Origin: Lenisia limosa
Lineage: Eukaryota > Protista > Breviatea
Assembly (NCBI GenBank): GCA_001655205.1
Contig: LPNZ01009518.1
Span: 27,038 to 91,037, forward strand
Direction of reading: 5' to 3'
DNA length: 64,000 nucleotides
The translations under genes and the position numbers were made by a program. Shown one piece after another: positions 26,701 to 39,939 of this stretch (position 1 is the stretch's first letter; each line of letters opens with the position of its first letter). The notes beneath the pieces were generated by a model. It had not been told where the DNA came from, did no database searches, and saw only the letters and a list, made by a program, of their open reading frames with translations.

Positions 26701-29700
26701 AACTCTATTTTGTATTCTCACACCTTTAGCCCTGAAAATGAAGACCCCCGAGTTCCAGTCGTTCACACGTGACTTCTATGATATAGCTTCGACAGAGAAC
26801 GGCAACATTCACTTTGTTGTCAACGGGGTAGGGCCTGATCTATTCGGTCACCATTCCCAGGAGGTAACTGCGGATGTCAGCCCGGGTTTGCTTTGTGATC
26901 AAAACCGGATACCTTATCCTGCAGAGTATCAAATACCCCCGAAACGTAAGCGTTGTGAACAGTTTGGGATAGATGTGTGCTCAGAGTAAAACAATGGAGT
27001 TGTCTTGCAATAGCAGTATCCAGTTCAGCCGGAACCTTTTATAATTCTCAATTTACACTATCATATTGTTTCAATTCCTTTATGCAGTTCCGACCCCGCC
27101 GAGCAACTACCGTTCAGACTGTGACGGTCTGGTCAGTAGGACGGCGGCACGTGAGCAGCTGGTCTGGGCCAAGGTGAGCAGCATCGTCGTTGTGTTGACG
27201 CTCCAGTTGGAAAACAGCATTCCTCATGACGCTCCTCGCGGGCCTCCACCCAAAAGAGTAGGTTGAGAGCCAGACTTAAATGTATATATTAGTATCATAT
27301 ATTAGTATATGATATGATTTTTTTTTGTATGGCTTTTAGACATACCCCCATGGCGTATGTGCAAGTACATACATTATATTATTATATTATATACATTTGA
27401 AACTATGCCTTGACATACCATACATACCCAATATGGCGTATATACATAGAGAAGTATATACTATATATATTTATATATGATATCATGATATCATAATATA
27501 TGACAACACCCCTTACCAAGTAGTCCCGAGTGCGAGCTATTATGCCCCCGTCCGAGCCCGTGTACTTGTCTGACCCCGAGAGTGATCTTGTTGACTACGT
27601 GTAAGTCTTTGTCCCTCCTGACAAAGTAGAAACTCTGGAAGCGACAAGGAATTCGTTGAGCAGAGAAATGATGAGAATTCTCCTGAGACTCTTTTCAAAC
27701 AGGTTAGCTCACTCAAGTATTCAAATCTTGTCATCTTGTCAAAAAAAAATGCTGAGTTTACAAAAACAGAAGAACAAAAGGCGGCAACGTGCATTGGAGC
27801 GAGCGGCCCGGCGGACTAATCGTGACAACGCTGAACACATCAAAAGGAGACAGTGGGTACCACCAGTCTGTTTACGGGTTTAGGCGCAATCGAGCGATGC
27901 ATGAAGGAACGGAGGTTTGTGTTCTTACTTTATCATTGTGTTGATAAAGCCATTTATTATTGACAATTTCTACGTGTTGTAATATTTAGGACAAGGAAGA
28001 ACTTTTACCCCCGCCATCATGGGTAATGTCTCGAAGACCCCATTTTATGGTTTGTCCATTTATTTCGTCCATTTACGTTTAGACTTTTGTTCCCCAAACT
28101 TGCGATGAAATGGTTTACTTCTCTGAAAGCCACTCAAAATACCAAAAGTACTTCATGAATGACCTCCCAGTTGGTTCCTTTCTCTCTAACGTAGTAGAAA
28201 CTGCCCTATGAGCCTTTTAGAGACCCAAACTGCCCCCCGATTCTTCATGTTAAAGTCTCAGCTATCAACTACCACATCCACCTTGGTGAAAACTCCTCTT
28301 TTGTCTCACCCTTTAGGCCTTGTGTTTTGTGAAGTCTCCGTTGCGGTCGTTCAAGACTCGGATCTTGTTGTATGAGCTCGCTCAGCATTTCACTTTTTAG
28401 GTTTTCGACCCATATCTTCTCCAAGAGCAATCCTTCCTTGTAAGTTGTCCTTTGGAATTGCCCTGACATTCAGCTCCATTATCACGGCAACTCAGTAGCA
28501 GACTTCTTAATGCTTGGTGAAACATTTGAAACAATCACCGCCAGAGAGCTGCAACCGAGGTTAGTCCACTTCGTAGTAACGAGATAGGCAAACGGTTCGT
28601 GCGTTCTTCGGAAACCTCCAAGAAGATGAGGTGCTTGATATCACCAAAGATGTAGAAGTAAGTGTGATTATATTGTCACATCTTTAGCCTGGGCTGGATG
28701 GACAGTGGTATGAGGGCCATGCGGAGATGACAACAAAAGACCCCACGAAAGAAGTCACTATCCTCTGGTACGCTCTTCTTCAATGTTGCTTATGGCTGTA
28801 GGGACAACAATGAAACAGACGATTTGCTTGGCTGGGAGTTTTCGCCAACTGACGTCCCTTCTCTTTTCATTAAAACAAACAAGGTAATCTCCTGGGTAAC
28901 CCAAAGGATCAATGTGACCTTCCAGGATCTTGAGTCTATTATCGAAGACTATCCACACGGTGCTCCAAATGATCTCAAAAAAGACCCAAATATCCAAACC
29001 CTCGAAAAATACTCTCCCTTTGTTTTAGAGGTATTGAAAACCCCTCTACTTATGGATTAGAAAAACACCATGTCACTTGAATTTGTGAAACAAGCTCTTT
29101 TAGTAATCAATGGCAAGCTGCAAGAAGCTGGGGAAGACAACCAGGAATCTTTACTAGGGCTGGTACGTCCAACTCTTGCCACTTACCTTTTTAGTTTGTT
29201 CATCCTGCTTGGACTGAAATTCCTGGATATTGCGAAAAGGTATCTTTCACGGACAGCTGGTTCACGACCTAGATTCCACACCCAATGGATTTGACAACGC
29301 TCCGAGACAGACTGCTCTTTGGACATTACAGGCATTTCAATGTAGGAGAGCCTATTTGGAGCGGTGTATTTGACTTTTAGGCTTTGATCGAAGATCTTCT
29401 GCTGGTAGTACAAAACTCAGTGGCTTTTAATGGGGAGGAGGATGATATTACCAATGAGGCTCGAACATTGTGTGATTATCTTGACCGGTCATTACGAGGT
29501 TTGAAATATTAGTCCTCACACTCAGCACTGTATATGGAGTACAAGGATAACCTTCCGCGATACGTCCCTTCGCTCGAAGTCTTGGTAGGCACCTGTTCTG
29601 ATGGTGGAGAGGCAAATTCTGACAGTGCTATCAGATATAATAATTTGATATGATAATCAAGCTGGAAAATAGCTTTACAGATTCATTGTATTGGGTGAAA

Positions 29701-31455
29701 TGACAGTAGCATTTGATATCACCATTGTGTTGTGAAGATTGACTCTTTAGGCTCTCCCTGATGATCCGTTCCTCCATCGTCTCCAGGACCCCCTTAGTAG
29801 GCGGGTTTGGCTTTTGTGAATCGGCATCACTTCTCTAATGTCATCAGAATCCACGAGGACACGCCAGCGCAGCGCCATTCCAGCATTCAACTTCGATTCA
29901 AGCGGTAGGTTGTCTTTTGTTATCACGCATTAGGGTCCGAAGATGAAGAAGAGGAAGAGGAAGAGGAAATGGTGGAAGAAGAGGAGGAAGAAGAAGTAAG
30001 CCCACTATTTTATCACCAATTTAGACCCCCGCTGCGGTCCTCCCCGATGTTGGTCCTTTGCGGCGCCGTACACGTTCTTTGACTCTACCTTCATGTGAGT
30101 TTCAACTCTGGAACTCATAATCCTCCATTAACCCTCGATGGCAAGCTAGTTTTCTCTATTTCTGACCTTGCAGTGTCGGCTCAACGGCAACCCTCAGTAC
30201 CCGATGTGACTGAACCGGCAAAGAGGTGGGGACTGTTCATTTTTTCTGTGGGCTGGGTTCATTAGGTACGCATTTACTGGTAAAATATCGATAGTTTTAT
30301 AGGATTTTTAGAGAAATTCAGTCTTTTTTCTAACCGAAGTTAAGCCCTATTCATATTTAAGTTTTTATTCCACTTTTACCACCAAGGTCAAGACGTGAAA
30401 AACGGGTAATTGTGGAAGTATCAGATGACGAACTAAGCGAGTCCGACAGTGAAGTTCTTCCCGTTTCCAAAAAGAGGCCGCCAGTGGACGTACCGCCAAT
30501 TGAGAAGCCCAGCCACGCCACAATCCAAACCAGGTCGAGCCGACGGCAAGAACCGTCCCGCGTGGCCTCCTTGCACAGCCCTACCAACGTCAAGATCACG
30601 CCTGTCCGAAGCCCCTCGCCTGTGCTGTCTGAGCTTGATGAAGCGGAATTTGACTCCAACTTCTCTAGCGATAACGAGGTCAAAGAAGATGCGTCTGGCT
30701 CGGACAGCGACAACAGTGGCCCGGCTAGCCCTGTTGTGTCCGACGGAAGTGATTATGTCACAAAACGCCCGAGTAAGCGAACGTTAGAAGCCCCGCGGAC
30801 CCTGCGGTCGCGTACCCGGAACCGACGCTACAATTCGCCATTTGAGCCAGTCAGGCTCAACCCCTCACCCATTGAGATGGATACCCCTCTTCAGCCCTCT
30901 GTACTCCTACCGTCCACGCCATCCATTCCCAGCTCGAGCACCAAACCCTCAGTTAGCCTCATTCTGTCCCAACCGTCAACTACTGCCGAACAGTTCCCCT
31001 CCCCCTCCTCCGTCTCTTACATCACGCTTGAAGACCCTCCGGCACCTGAAGAACCTGGTTTGCGGAGGGCCAGCTTTATGACAGCACTAATGAGATGGCT
31101 TTGGCACAGTATGATTGGTTTTATGGGTTTGGCTGACGGTTCAGGTCCTCGTGAACTGAAAAAAATGACGCTCAAACTCAAGGTATGAACGCAGTGATAT
31201 TTTCATTCCCGTAGGACCCGCGGTCAAAAACAAGGAAATATGGTAAGGTCCTTTTCTCAAAGGGGATATGCATTAATTGGTGCAATCATTCATCCTCAAA
31301 AAAAAGGTCATCCTGTAATATCTTGTAGTAGATTATATCTTGTATTTACCAGTAGGCCATCACCAGCTTCGACCGCGGCGCTCCCGACGGCATTCAATTC
31401 CTGAGGAAGGTTTGTGTCGAGGGGGTGATTGTGATTCTATGTCCATCACCATGTA
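23707..31455 (+). CDS. BRWD1: Bromodomain and WD40-repeat protein (BRWD1/BRWD3/PHIP family)
   Basis: N-terminus EVFFLVYSFLRHSSCQKAADAL...HGLLPHLHNWLGESR. WD40 repeats TGDRIITAADDGYIRIWSVASCHLLHTLIGH and IDMCISPDDKYLISSG. Family motif FVPQTCDEMVYFSESHSKY and bromodomain motif PMDLTTLRDRLLFGHYRHF. Acidic/Ser-Pro tail is ORF 30412..31188. Stop lies at 31188 or about 31455 depending on splicing. Confidence 0.88.
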
Positions 31456-31587
31456 GATGTAGATGAGAGTGGTTCGGATTACAGGCCAGCCACCAGGCAC
31501 AACACAAGGAGAAGCGGCCGATTGTGATAGTATTTAATGTATTATTATTGTGAAACAGGGAAAAGGAAACAAGGGGAAACATAGGAA

Positions 31588-33796
31588 TTACTGCATGAGC
31601 TGGGTGAGTTTAGAAACTCTTTCAAATTCTTCTTTACCGTAGTGTTCCTTGACCTAAAGTATGAATATAAATGCTAGTAATGATATTTGCAAGTTGCAAT
31701 CACTTGTCAGCCCACTTTGTCAGTGCTCTCCAGCTTCGAGTGAGTAACGCCTTCGTCCTTAGCGACCAAAATCAAGTTATCAGCAACGTAGCCGTTTTCA
31801 GGAAGCCTAGACTGTCAGCAGGATCGAAGGCCTACCAAGGCACTAGTTGCAGGGCGGTGGAGGACTTCGACAGCACAGATGAGCCGCCGTACACATCTTC
31901 GACAAGCGACGAGACTTGGTCAAGGGTTACAGTCAGTGGCCCCAATCTACACGTCAGTCGTCTTCCATATCACCAACTTCTCAGCTGCTACCACTTGGCT
32001 CAGACGATTGTGAAGCTTTTTGTAGAACTGCGTGCGGACCTTCGGGGGGGAGGTTTTGATACCCTTGGGGTTGTCTACATCATTAGTATCATGTTAGTCC
32101 CCTTTCACATGCACCAAAAGCTAAAACACGCAGGAATACCTCACCAGATAAGGTGGCGATAGCGTACGCGGCGGCCGCATTACCCCAGCTTGCGGGGGAA
32201 CAGGCTAAATTGTCAGCTGGGCGAACCAAACAATCAGGCTATTTTGATTTTGAAGTATGGGTTCTGTCAAGAGTCTGCTTCACCTTCTGTGATTCTTGCC
32301 ACGCGGCCTCACCGTAAACAGGGACGACGCCGATTCTGAAGCGGTGCTTCCGCGCATCCGAGTCCTGGTCAGCGTTGTTTAGCGCCTCGATCTCGTCCGA
32401 AGACGGCGCAATCATGGCCTTGTACGGCACTAGACAGTGTCATTGAGGGAACTTTTCGTACCTTGTGAGCCACAAACAACCATGGGGTTGGCCTTGGAGC
32501 CTGCTTTGCGGAGGTTGCGACGGATGGCAGCTGCAAGAGGATCCTCTGTAGTGGTAAACAGAAAACTTATGAAACAAAACGAACAACTCAAAGTCAGCTC
32601 TGTTGGTAAAACATTTGACAAACACACGAGGGTTAAAAACAACAAAACTAGGGATAATAATTCTTCTGCAATGTATTACAAAGTAGCAAGAGCAAGGGGG
32701 AAGAAACAAGTGTCTCACTTTGGGTACTTCCAAGGGGAATGATCTCAACCGTGGTAGGGTCAATGCGGCCTCCTGAAACTGTTCAGACCTGGCACATCCA
32801 AATGTCCAAAAAATAATTGAATTTCATAAAAAAAATTCATTTTTATCACTCATATATCACTCCTATCACAATCATGAGTGTTTCTGACCTATGATAGTAG
32901 AATCCCAGCTCACCAGCACCCATAGAAGATATCATTGGAATTTTGCGTTCATGGCAGGTCTTAATGAGGGACACCTGCGAGTAAGCAGAACCACAGATTG
33001 GCACTTACCTTAGTGGGGGTGTTATCGATGCAGTCGACAACGAAGTCGACGTCTGAGCTGTCACAAACAATGCAACATTATCAACTTCGTACCTTTAAGA
33101 ATACTATCAAGTGTTTCTTGAGACATCATCATTTCAAGAGCCTCAACTGAGCAACGAGGGGAAATGCGCGAAAAGTGTTCCTTCATGGCAACAACTACGA
33201 CATTACACCATCAGAGCCCTACCCTTCTTCTTGCCAACGTCTTCCCAGGTAGCCACGGCATGTCTATAAAATAAGAATGTGAACTACATCCTGCCCACGA
33301 AAGCAAGATCCAGTTCAAGAGAGAAGAGGAGAAACAACCAACCTGTTGAGTGACGACACAGTGACATCGTCGAAATCAACGAGTTTGAGGTTTTGAAGTC
33401 CGCTTCTAACAAGCATGGAGGCACAATGCGACCCTGATAAGTCACTCGAACTATTTGTACACCTATATTCCATTTGGCCCTGAAACCTCTCTAAATAATT
33501 CCCAATAATATCTCTCCACTCATGACCCGCCAACCAACTCCGCCACATCCAATGATTGCAACCTTTTTGCCGTTGAACTTCTCAAATCCTAAATCGGTAA
33601 AACACCTGACAAGAAAGACCAAGGAAATATCCAGCAAAATCTCAATATTCTGACCTGAAGCTGATAAAAGAGCAGAAGTGCGGGTGAATTGCTCGTTGTA
33701 CTCCTCATCAGTCAAAACTTTGATGGCGTCATCAGCTCTGGCCTTTTTGGCAGGAGGGCTTGGAGGTGGAGTGGCGTCTGTCTTCAGGGGACTCAT
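31588..33796 (-). CDS. TCD1: tRNA threonylcarbamoyladenosine dehydratase-like (ThiF/E1-like, TcdA/TCD1-2 family)
   Basis: KKVAIIGCGGVG|SHCASMLVRSGLQNLKLVDFDDVTVSSLNR|HAVA, FRIGVVPV, ASWGNAAAAYAI, and a fungal-TCD-like tail DQVSSLVEDVYGGSSVLS...NLILVAKDE. ATG at 33796, TAA at 31588. Confidence 0.9.
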
Positions 33797-33944
33797 TTTT
33801 CGCTAATCTCTAATAGAAACACTTGCTGAATCAAGTATATTCAATCAGGCTGAAGGCTGAAAGGGCAGGGCTGGAGGGCGGGAATTTTCCAAGTTAAAAA
33901 TAAATATAACCTGGGACGGTAATTGGTATGCTTTAGGCTCTGGT

Positions 33945-33965
33945 GGGTTTTGGGTGTTTTTGCGG
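33945..33965 (+). promoter_or_regulatory. Candidate promoter motif GGGTTTTGGGTGTTTTTGCGG in the TCD1/coiled-coil bidirectional intergenic region
   Basis: A near-identical 21-mer occurs at 60728-60748 in another head-to-head intergenic region. Function is inferred only. Confidence 0.35.
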
Positions 33966-34026
33966 CGTGTTATTGTTGTCTTATTTGTCTTGTCGCAGTG
34001 ATTATTGGACGGGAAGGTGGTGAACG

Positions 34027-37000
34027 ATGTCCGAAATTAGTTCACCAGATATCTCCGACGACGACATCCACGCCTCTGATATATCGCTGGTAGGGTGTTT
34101 TAGACAATGTTATTTGTATCTAACAGGAGCAGTCGTCCCAGGAGGATGTTTCTGAATCAAAAGGTCGTCAAGCAGGTCGCTTCAGGTTAGGCTCAATGTG
34201 TCTTTGAACAGGATATAATTACTTTTAGCCCTATAAGATCGCGGAGTCCCTCCCCTGGTCTCTCCTCCGATGATGACCAGGTCAAGGAGGATCGAGGTTT
34301 TGATGTGTCTCCTACAGTCTCGCCATTACCATCAAGAAGAGGTATGTCTTCTCTAATTCTTTGTTTAATAGGGGGATGTTTTAATTTGATGAAAGAAACG
34401 GACAATTACAATAGTCCCTCACCTTGTCTTAGAACACATTCCTGAAAACGACGATGCTGCGTTGTCTGCGAAGCGTGAATCAGCCCCGAAACGAACACGT
34501 TCCCCCCCTCCCCTCAGTATCCTTGACAACCCCAGCAGTGAAGATGAGGACGGTTTGCCGACGTCCATCTCCACCCATCATATCCTTTGCAACCCTTTTC
34601 AGAGTGTTTGACACTTTAGATACCCTTGCTGAGCTAGAGCCTTGCGCTCCTCCAAGAAAGCCCAGATCTAGTAGAAGACAGTCTATTGACGAGGCCTATG
34701 GTGAGTGTGATGAAGATGGTTTGCATTTACTTTGCAGCAACCACGCCATCTTTGCCATCCAACTCGACGTCATCGTACATCCCACGTCGGGTCATGTCGT
34801 CCGCCCAGGTGGCTGTGGAAGTGGGCCGGGGAGTTTTCTTGGAATAAATGGAGTGTAGCAAGTTTTGGACTTGGCCAGAGGAAAGAAAGGACTTTTTACG
34901 TTTTTCGAAGTTATCAACGTGGTATCTCTTGATTTTTCCAGGATGATGAGGAGGAGGGCGCTGGAAGCCCTGATGAAAGTTCTCAAGCTGAGACTATACA
35001 GTCACTGAAAAAGGAGCTCAGCAAAGCAAAGCAAATGGTTTGACCATCCAGGCCTTGATATAACTCTTCAGAACCAGGTGGAAATAGCGCAGTTGGCCAC
35101 GACGATCACCGAGAAAGACGCCACCATCATGAGTCTGCAGGAGCAGCTCAGAGCTAACGGAATTGGTAGGTTTGTTTTGTCTTTGTTTATGGTTTTTAAT
35201 ATGAGTGAGATTGCAAAGCACAATGTTATTATAAACCCACTTGCGAGTTTACGGCAAGTCTAATTCATAAATAGACCCTGTCGAAGCTGACGAGGCTTTG
35301 GCTCCACGTCCACCCAGTAAACAGTTTGAAGAAACGGACATCCCCGTCATGGCCATTCCAGATGGCTCGGTTGTGATCACTGTGAGGGGCCTGTTCCATG
35401 GCAGGTGTTCAGAGTATTATTTTATGATCCTGGTAATATTCTTCATATCTCGACCATGTTGATATGGTTTCAGCTAAAAAATGAATAATGAAACTGTTGG
35501 ATGACTAACATTGCAGCAAGCCGAACTTGATGAACTTCGTGAGAATAGCATTGCTAATGAGGAAAAAGTAGCAGTTTTGGACTCGACAATTGTCATCCTC
35601 AACTCCAACCTCAAGGAAGCGGAAAAGCGTATTCCCCCCTCAGTGGCTGCCAAGCAACTCGAGGAAAATGAAGGAAAATGGAGAAAAAAAGTGGGGATCC
35701 TTTCTAGTCCTTTTCTCCAATTGTTTAAAAAAAGTTTTCTGTGTTTACAGTTTAGTTGGATGATGTTCAAGCTGAACTAGACATTATTATTGAGCAAGAG
35801 AGGAAGGCAGCGGAGCAGGTGAGACACTCGAATCCTAATAATCGCAGTCTATTCGCTAACTTCTCTTTTCTTACTCCTCGCCAGGCCACACGAACCGATC
35901 GTCTTCGGCTGCAGCGGCGGATGGAAAGTGAGTCAAGACTCAAGGCCGCGTTGGAGGCTGAGTTGGCGGCGCTGAAGGACGAGCTCAACACTGTCAGGGT
36001 TGGTATTGCCAGTTCCGTCTTAACGGCCTAGAGTGACCAGTTCCAACTGCGGCAGGACAATGACGAACGCGTGGATCATTTGTCGCAGCGTTTGAAGGTT
36101 GCCACTCTTGCACACGACACTCTGGAGGAAGATCTCGAGAGAATCACCCAGGTGGGATGCTCTTTACTCTTATGTTTCTAGGATTACGAAGAGCAATTGA
36201 TTGCAGCAGCGCAGAGGGTGGATATTGCCGAAGCAGCGCTAACGGAAGTCCATGCTCGTTTGGACGACGAACGGTTTGCAATGGTAATATGAAATGATCG
36301 CATATTATGCACGGTGTCTTCGATCTGAAAAGAGTATATTTCTCAATAAATCCTCGATAAGTATTGATATTTTATCGGTTTTTTTTGTCTTTTCGGACCA
36401 TTATGAACCAGTAGACTTCATTCTGCTTCTTTTATTCCCCCCCCCCCTCATTCTGTAGGCTTGCATTTGAAGCAGCAGAAGAGACACATCTGGCGCGACA
36501 CAGTGAAGATTGCCGCCTCTGGGAAGCCAGAATCGAAGTAGGCCTTGTCACCACACTCACTGGGTAGGAACACAACAAAGCAATTGATACCGAAAGGCAA
36601 CAGTGGCTTGCTGAGAGAGAAAAGGCGTTTATTGAAAGGACAACTCTTCAAGAGGACCTTGAGAAAGAGAAGCGTAAGTGATTGGAGGGTCTCTTATTGT
36701 TCAGTAAGATCTGAGGATCTCGAGCGCTCTATTGGAGACAGTGAAATGGAAGCCTTGAACAAGTCCAAACAGGAAACCGTAAGTTGCACTCTCATTATTC
36801 TTACCAAAATGTTGCTACATCCCAGTGTTGAACCAAGATGAAATCATTAACTTGTTAGTTGGCCCGTGAGCGTTTAGAGGGACGAGTGATTGAGCTGAAG
36901 AAGAAGGTAAGATATAGGTCATTGGGTGAATGCCTCAAATTGTGTGTAATTGGTGCTGCTGATGCCATCATCGTGTCTACATATGTACATGTACATATAT

Positions 37001-39800
37001 TGTATAGTATGTCTAGGCCCAGTCATTTTTCAGGTCAAAAAACTCCAAAAGGCAGTCGAAGAGAAAACTGCAGCCTCCTCCCCCCTGGTTGTCCAAGCTG
37101 GCTCCAAGCAGCATTCATCAGTAGTATGCTTCAACATCTAAAAAAAGAACTGAATTTATCTTTGGGTTTTTTGTTTTCTTTGATTGTGTCAAACCAGGCC
37201 CCCCCAATACTATTGACATTTTACCTCCTATATGACTGACGTTTTAGCTGGAAGAGACGATTGAAAAGCTGTCTGAGGAAGAAAGGAAACACTTAGCCCT
37301 TCGCCGTACTGCTAAAAAGATGAAAAAGGACCATGCCAACAAAATGCTAAGGTAGCAGAATAACAAGATGGTATCACTCATTCCTAGGTACTCTGAAACC
37401 ATTTCATGGCTGGACACTCAATTGCGCGCGGTTTGCGACTACGCCACAAAGGTGCCCTCTAACATCCATGCCCTTCTTGAAACCGAGGCAAGGGTAGGCC
37501 TGGATAAAACGTTATTTCCCTCCATAGGAAGCCTTTTTTTGTTGTGAATTCGGCTCAATGGTTATCGATTTAGGCCGCGGAGCAGCGTTTCCTGTTTGCC
37601 ACCTCTGGCGTTGCGGACGAATCAGCTTCGGATAACGAAGAAAATGGCTTCAGAGTCAAGGCTGACAGCAACGTTTCGGATAGCTTCTCGGAGGTTGGTT
37701 CGTGCTGATGCTTCGGTTTTGACTCAATAGGGAGAATCGGATGACGACCCCACTCCAGGAGAAGGAATATCGAAATACTCAAAGTTTGCGGCTCTGTCGC
37801 CCATGTTGTATAACTTTTTTAGAATGAGCTATCGTCTTGCTAAGATCAGAAGCGAATTGCGAATGGACTGCCCTATCACGGCACCTGTTCCTCAGGGTTG
37901 GTTCCTCCTGACCCCCTCTCATTCCACAGGTGACATTGCGGCAACTATTGAGGCGGCTTTAACGGGCTCGGAGCTGAAGACTATGGTCTCGAAACACCAA
38001 GACGAATCGGACCAGCGAAACGCTCCGATGATAGCCTTCAACACTGGTATGGGTTCGGCAAATCCTGAAAGATCTGACAATCCAGAATCCGAGATAGGAG
38101 CCCCAGCTGAAGCGAAGGACCAAAGTTCAGTTCGCGTGCGGCGTGCATGCGCATGGCGGCCATTGTCCAAATCCAGATCATACCCCGGTACGTCATGTTC
38201 ATGCCATTCTGCATTACCGTTCCAGACCTCTGCATTCCGCCGTCCACCCGACTGGCCATCCGCCACCGTGCAGTTGAAGTTGAATCGCCACTTGATGACT
38301 TCACCATCGACCTTCTCACGAGCCGTGTCCACCTTGGTGGGTGTCTGGAGTCCTTTGTTTTTGTTTTTATAAAACTCACGAATTAGGAGGCGCTGTGAAG
38401 GGCAGGAAATACGTGATGCCCGAGACTGGTGGGCTTGCTGATGTGAAATTGCCTTTTTTTTTTATATTTAATGAGCTGGCTGACGATGTAGTCCATGACC
38501 TTGCACCGAAAACCGGAGATAAGAACCTTGGAAATGAATGGTGGAAGGCCCCACCCAAGTCTGTGGGATTACATCAAAGACCTTATTTGTCACAATGCAA
38601 TAAACACGATATAACCCTCGGACGGCCATGTATCCAATGTATCTGACCTGGCAGGTTCCGCCGGCGCATGAGCAGAGTCGGCTTGACTGGTGTGCCAAAA
38701 AAAGATTCCTTCAAGCCAAAGCGAGTGGTAAGATCACAATGGGGTTTGTCTGACTTTTCAGAAACCGAAGAGTGAGAGTCTATCAGCTTCTTGGAAGGCG
38801 GAAAAGTAAGTCTGATCTTTTGGAACTTTTGTCACATCTTAGCATTGACTCTTTGGAAAGTTATGGATACGACCCCATGGAAAAGGAAGAAAATGTAGGG
38901 CAGCTGTGCAAGAATTGCTTCAGTTGTTTTGGGAAACAATTGACCCGTTAGGAAACTGAACTCTCAATTGCCTTTGCTGAGGAAGATTTGGACTCGACAG
39001 AACTGGCTTTGGCTCGGAAGGGCTACGTCACCCAGCTCAAGGTTGGCCTTTGTTTTTAAATGTAACCCTCTAGCGCATGGCCAGGAAAGGCAAGAACCTG
39101 GAGCTAGGATTGGAGCTGTCACAACTCAGGTAGGCCCTACTGCTGTGATTTTAATTTCCAGTTTGACATACGGGCCCAATGAGGAAAAGTCGGAAATGGA
39201 CTACCGTAAGCGTCTTGAGGCTCTCATTTTGCAATTGAAGGGCCAGCGCGATGTTCTCAAAAACACTGCTGTCGCTCAGGTTTGGGATGGTTATTGCGCT
39301 GGTTTAATACAGCTTTGTTATTGCTCATTCTACATGTGATTTGATATGGTATATTTATTTGGTTGTATTTTTCTGAGGGTATTTGGAGTACCACAGCAAG
39401 TTTCACCCCCAGGAATCTGAGTTGGATGTGTTGAGACCACTGGTTTCTGAAGTTCAAGAACTGGAGGAAACTCTTGACGAACTTGAGGTTTGTGGCACTT
39501 GCAGATTGGGTAAGGCAATATAAGCTGTAATTCTTATTATCTTGTTCACAAAGCTCATCCCGTTTAGAAGGATTTCTCAAGGTTGGAGCGAAAGGAGTAC
39601 GTTTTAAGGAGAGAAGTTGCGGAACTAAGGGGAAGTATGAGGGTTTTGGTCAACTTTAAGAGAGAGTGGGGGGGAGGGCAACTTTTTATTTTTATTTTTT
39701 TTGTTTTTACTTTTAAGATGATGTTGAGTTGGTGAAGAAACCAGCAAAACGCAAGCAGAAGAAGAGACGAAGTGACAGACAAGATTGTATGATTATGTAA
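34027..39800 (+). CDS. Long acidic coiled-coil protein, hypothetical
   Basis: ATG at 34027 (MSEISSPDISDDD). Many heptad-rich exons (VEIAQLATTITEKDATIMSLQEQL, RLKAALEAELAALKDELN, YRKRLEALILQLKGQRD, VSEVQELEETLDELE) join through GT-AG introns to a final exon ending RQDCMIM-TAA at 39800. May be two genes. Confidence 0.65.
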
Positions 39801-39939
39801 CTTAAGTGTATATGGTAGGGGTACTTCTATGAGTCTACGATTTGTATTATACATGTAAATTTATTCAACATTCCATACTTTTTTTTTCTTTTTTTTTAAC
39901 AAAATGTGATTCATATTTAAACGAGACATTGTACTGAGA

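Noticed and set aside
27290-27520. AT-microsatellite-rich intron with two CATACCC...TGGCGTAT copies, possibly a MITE relic
   Set aside because: No terminal inverted repeats or target-site duplication could be identified, and no second copy was seen in the window.
31671-32162. 163-aa plus-strand ORF; likewise 37919-38332 (minus) and 51401-51796 (plus)
   Set aside because: These are antisense shadows of the TCD1-like, coiled-coil and ADCY10-like exons, with no independent features.
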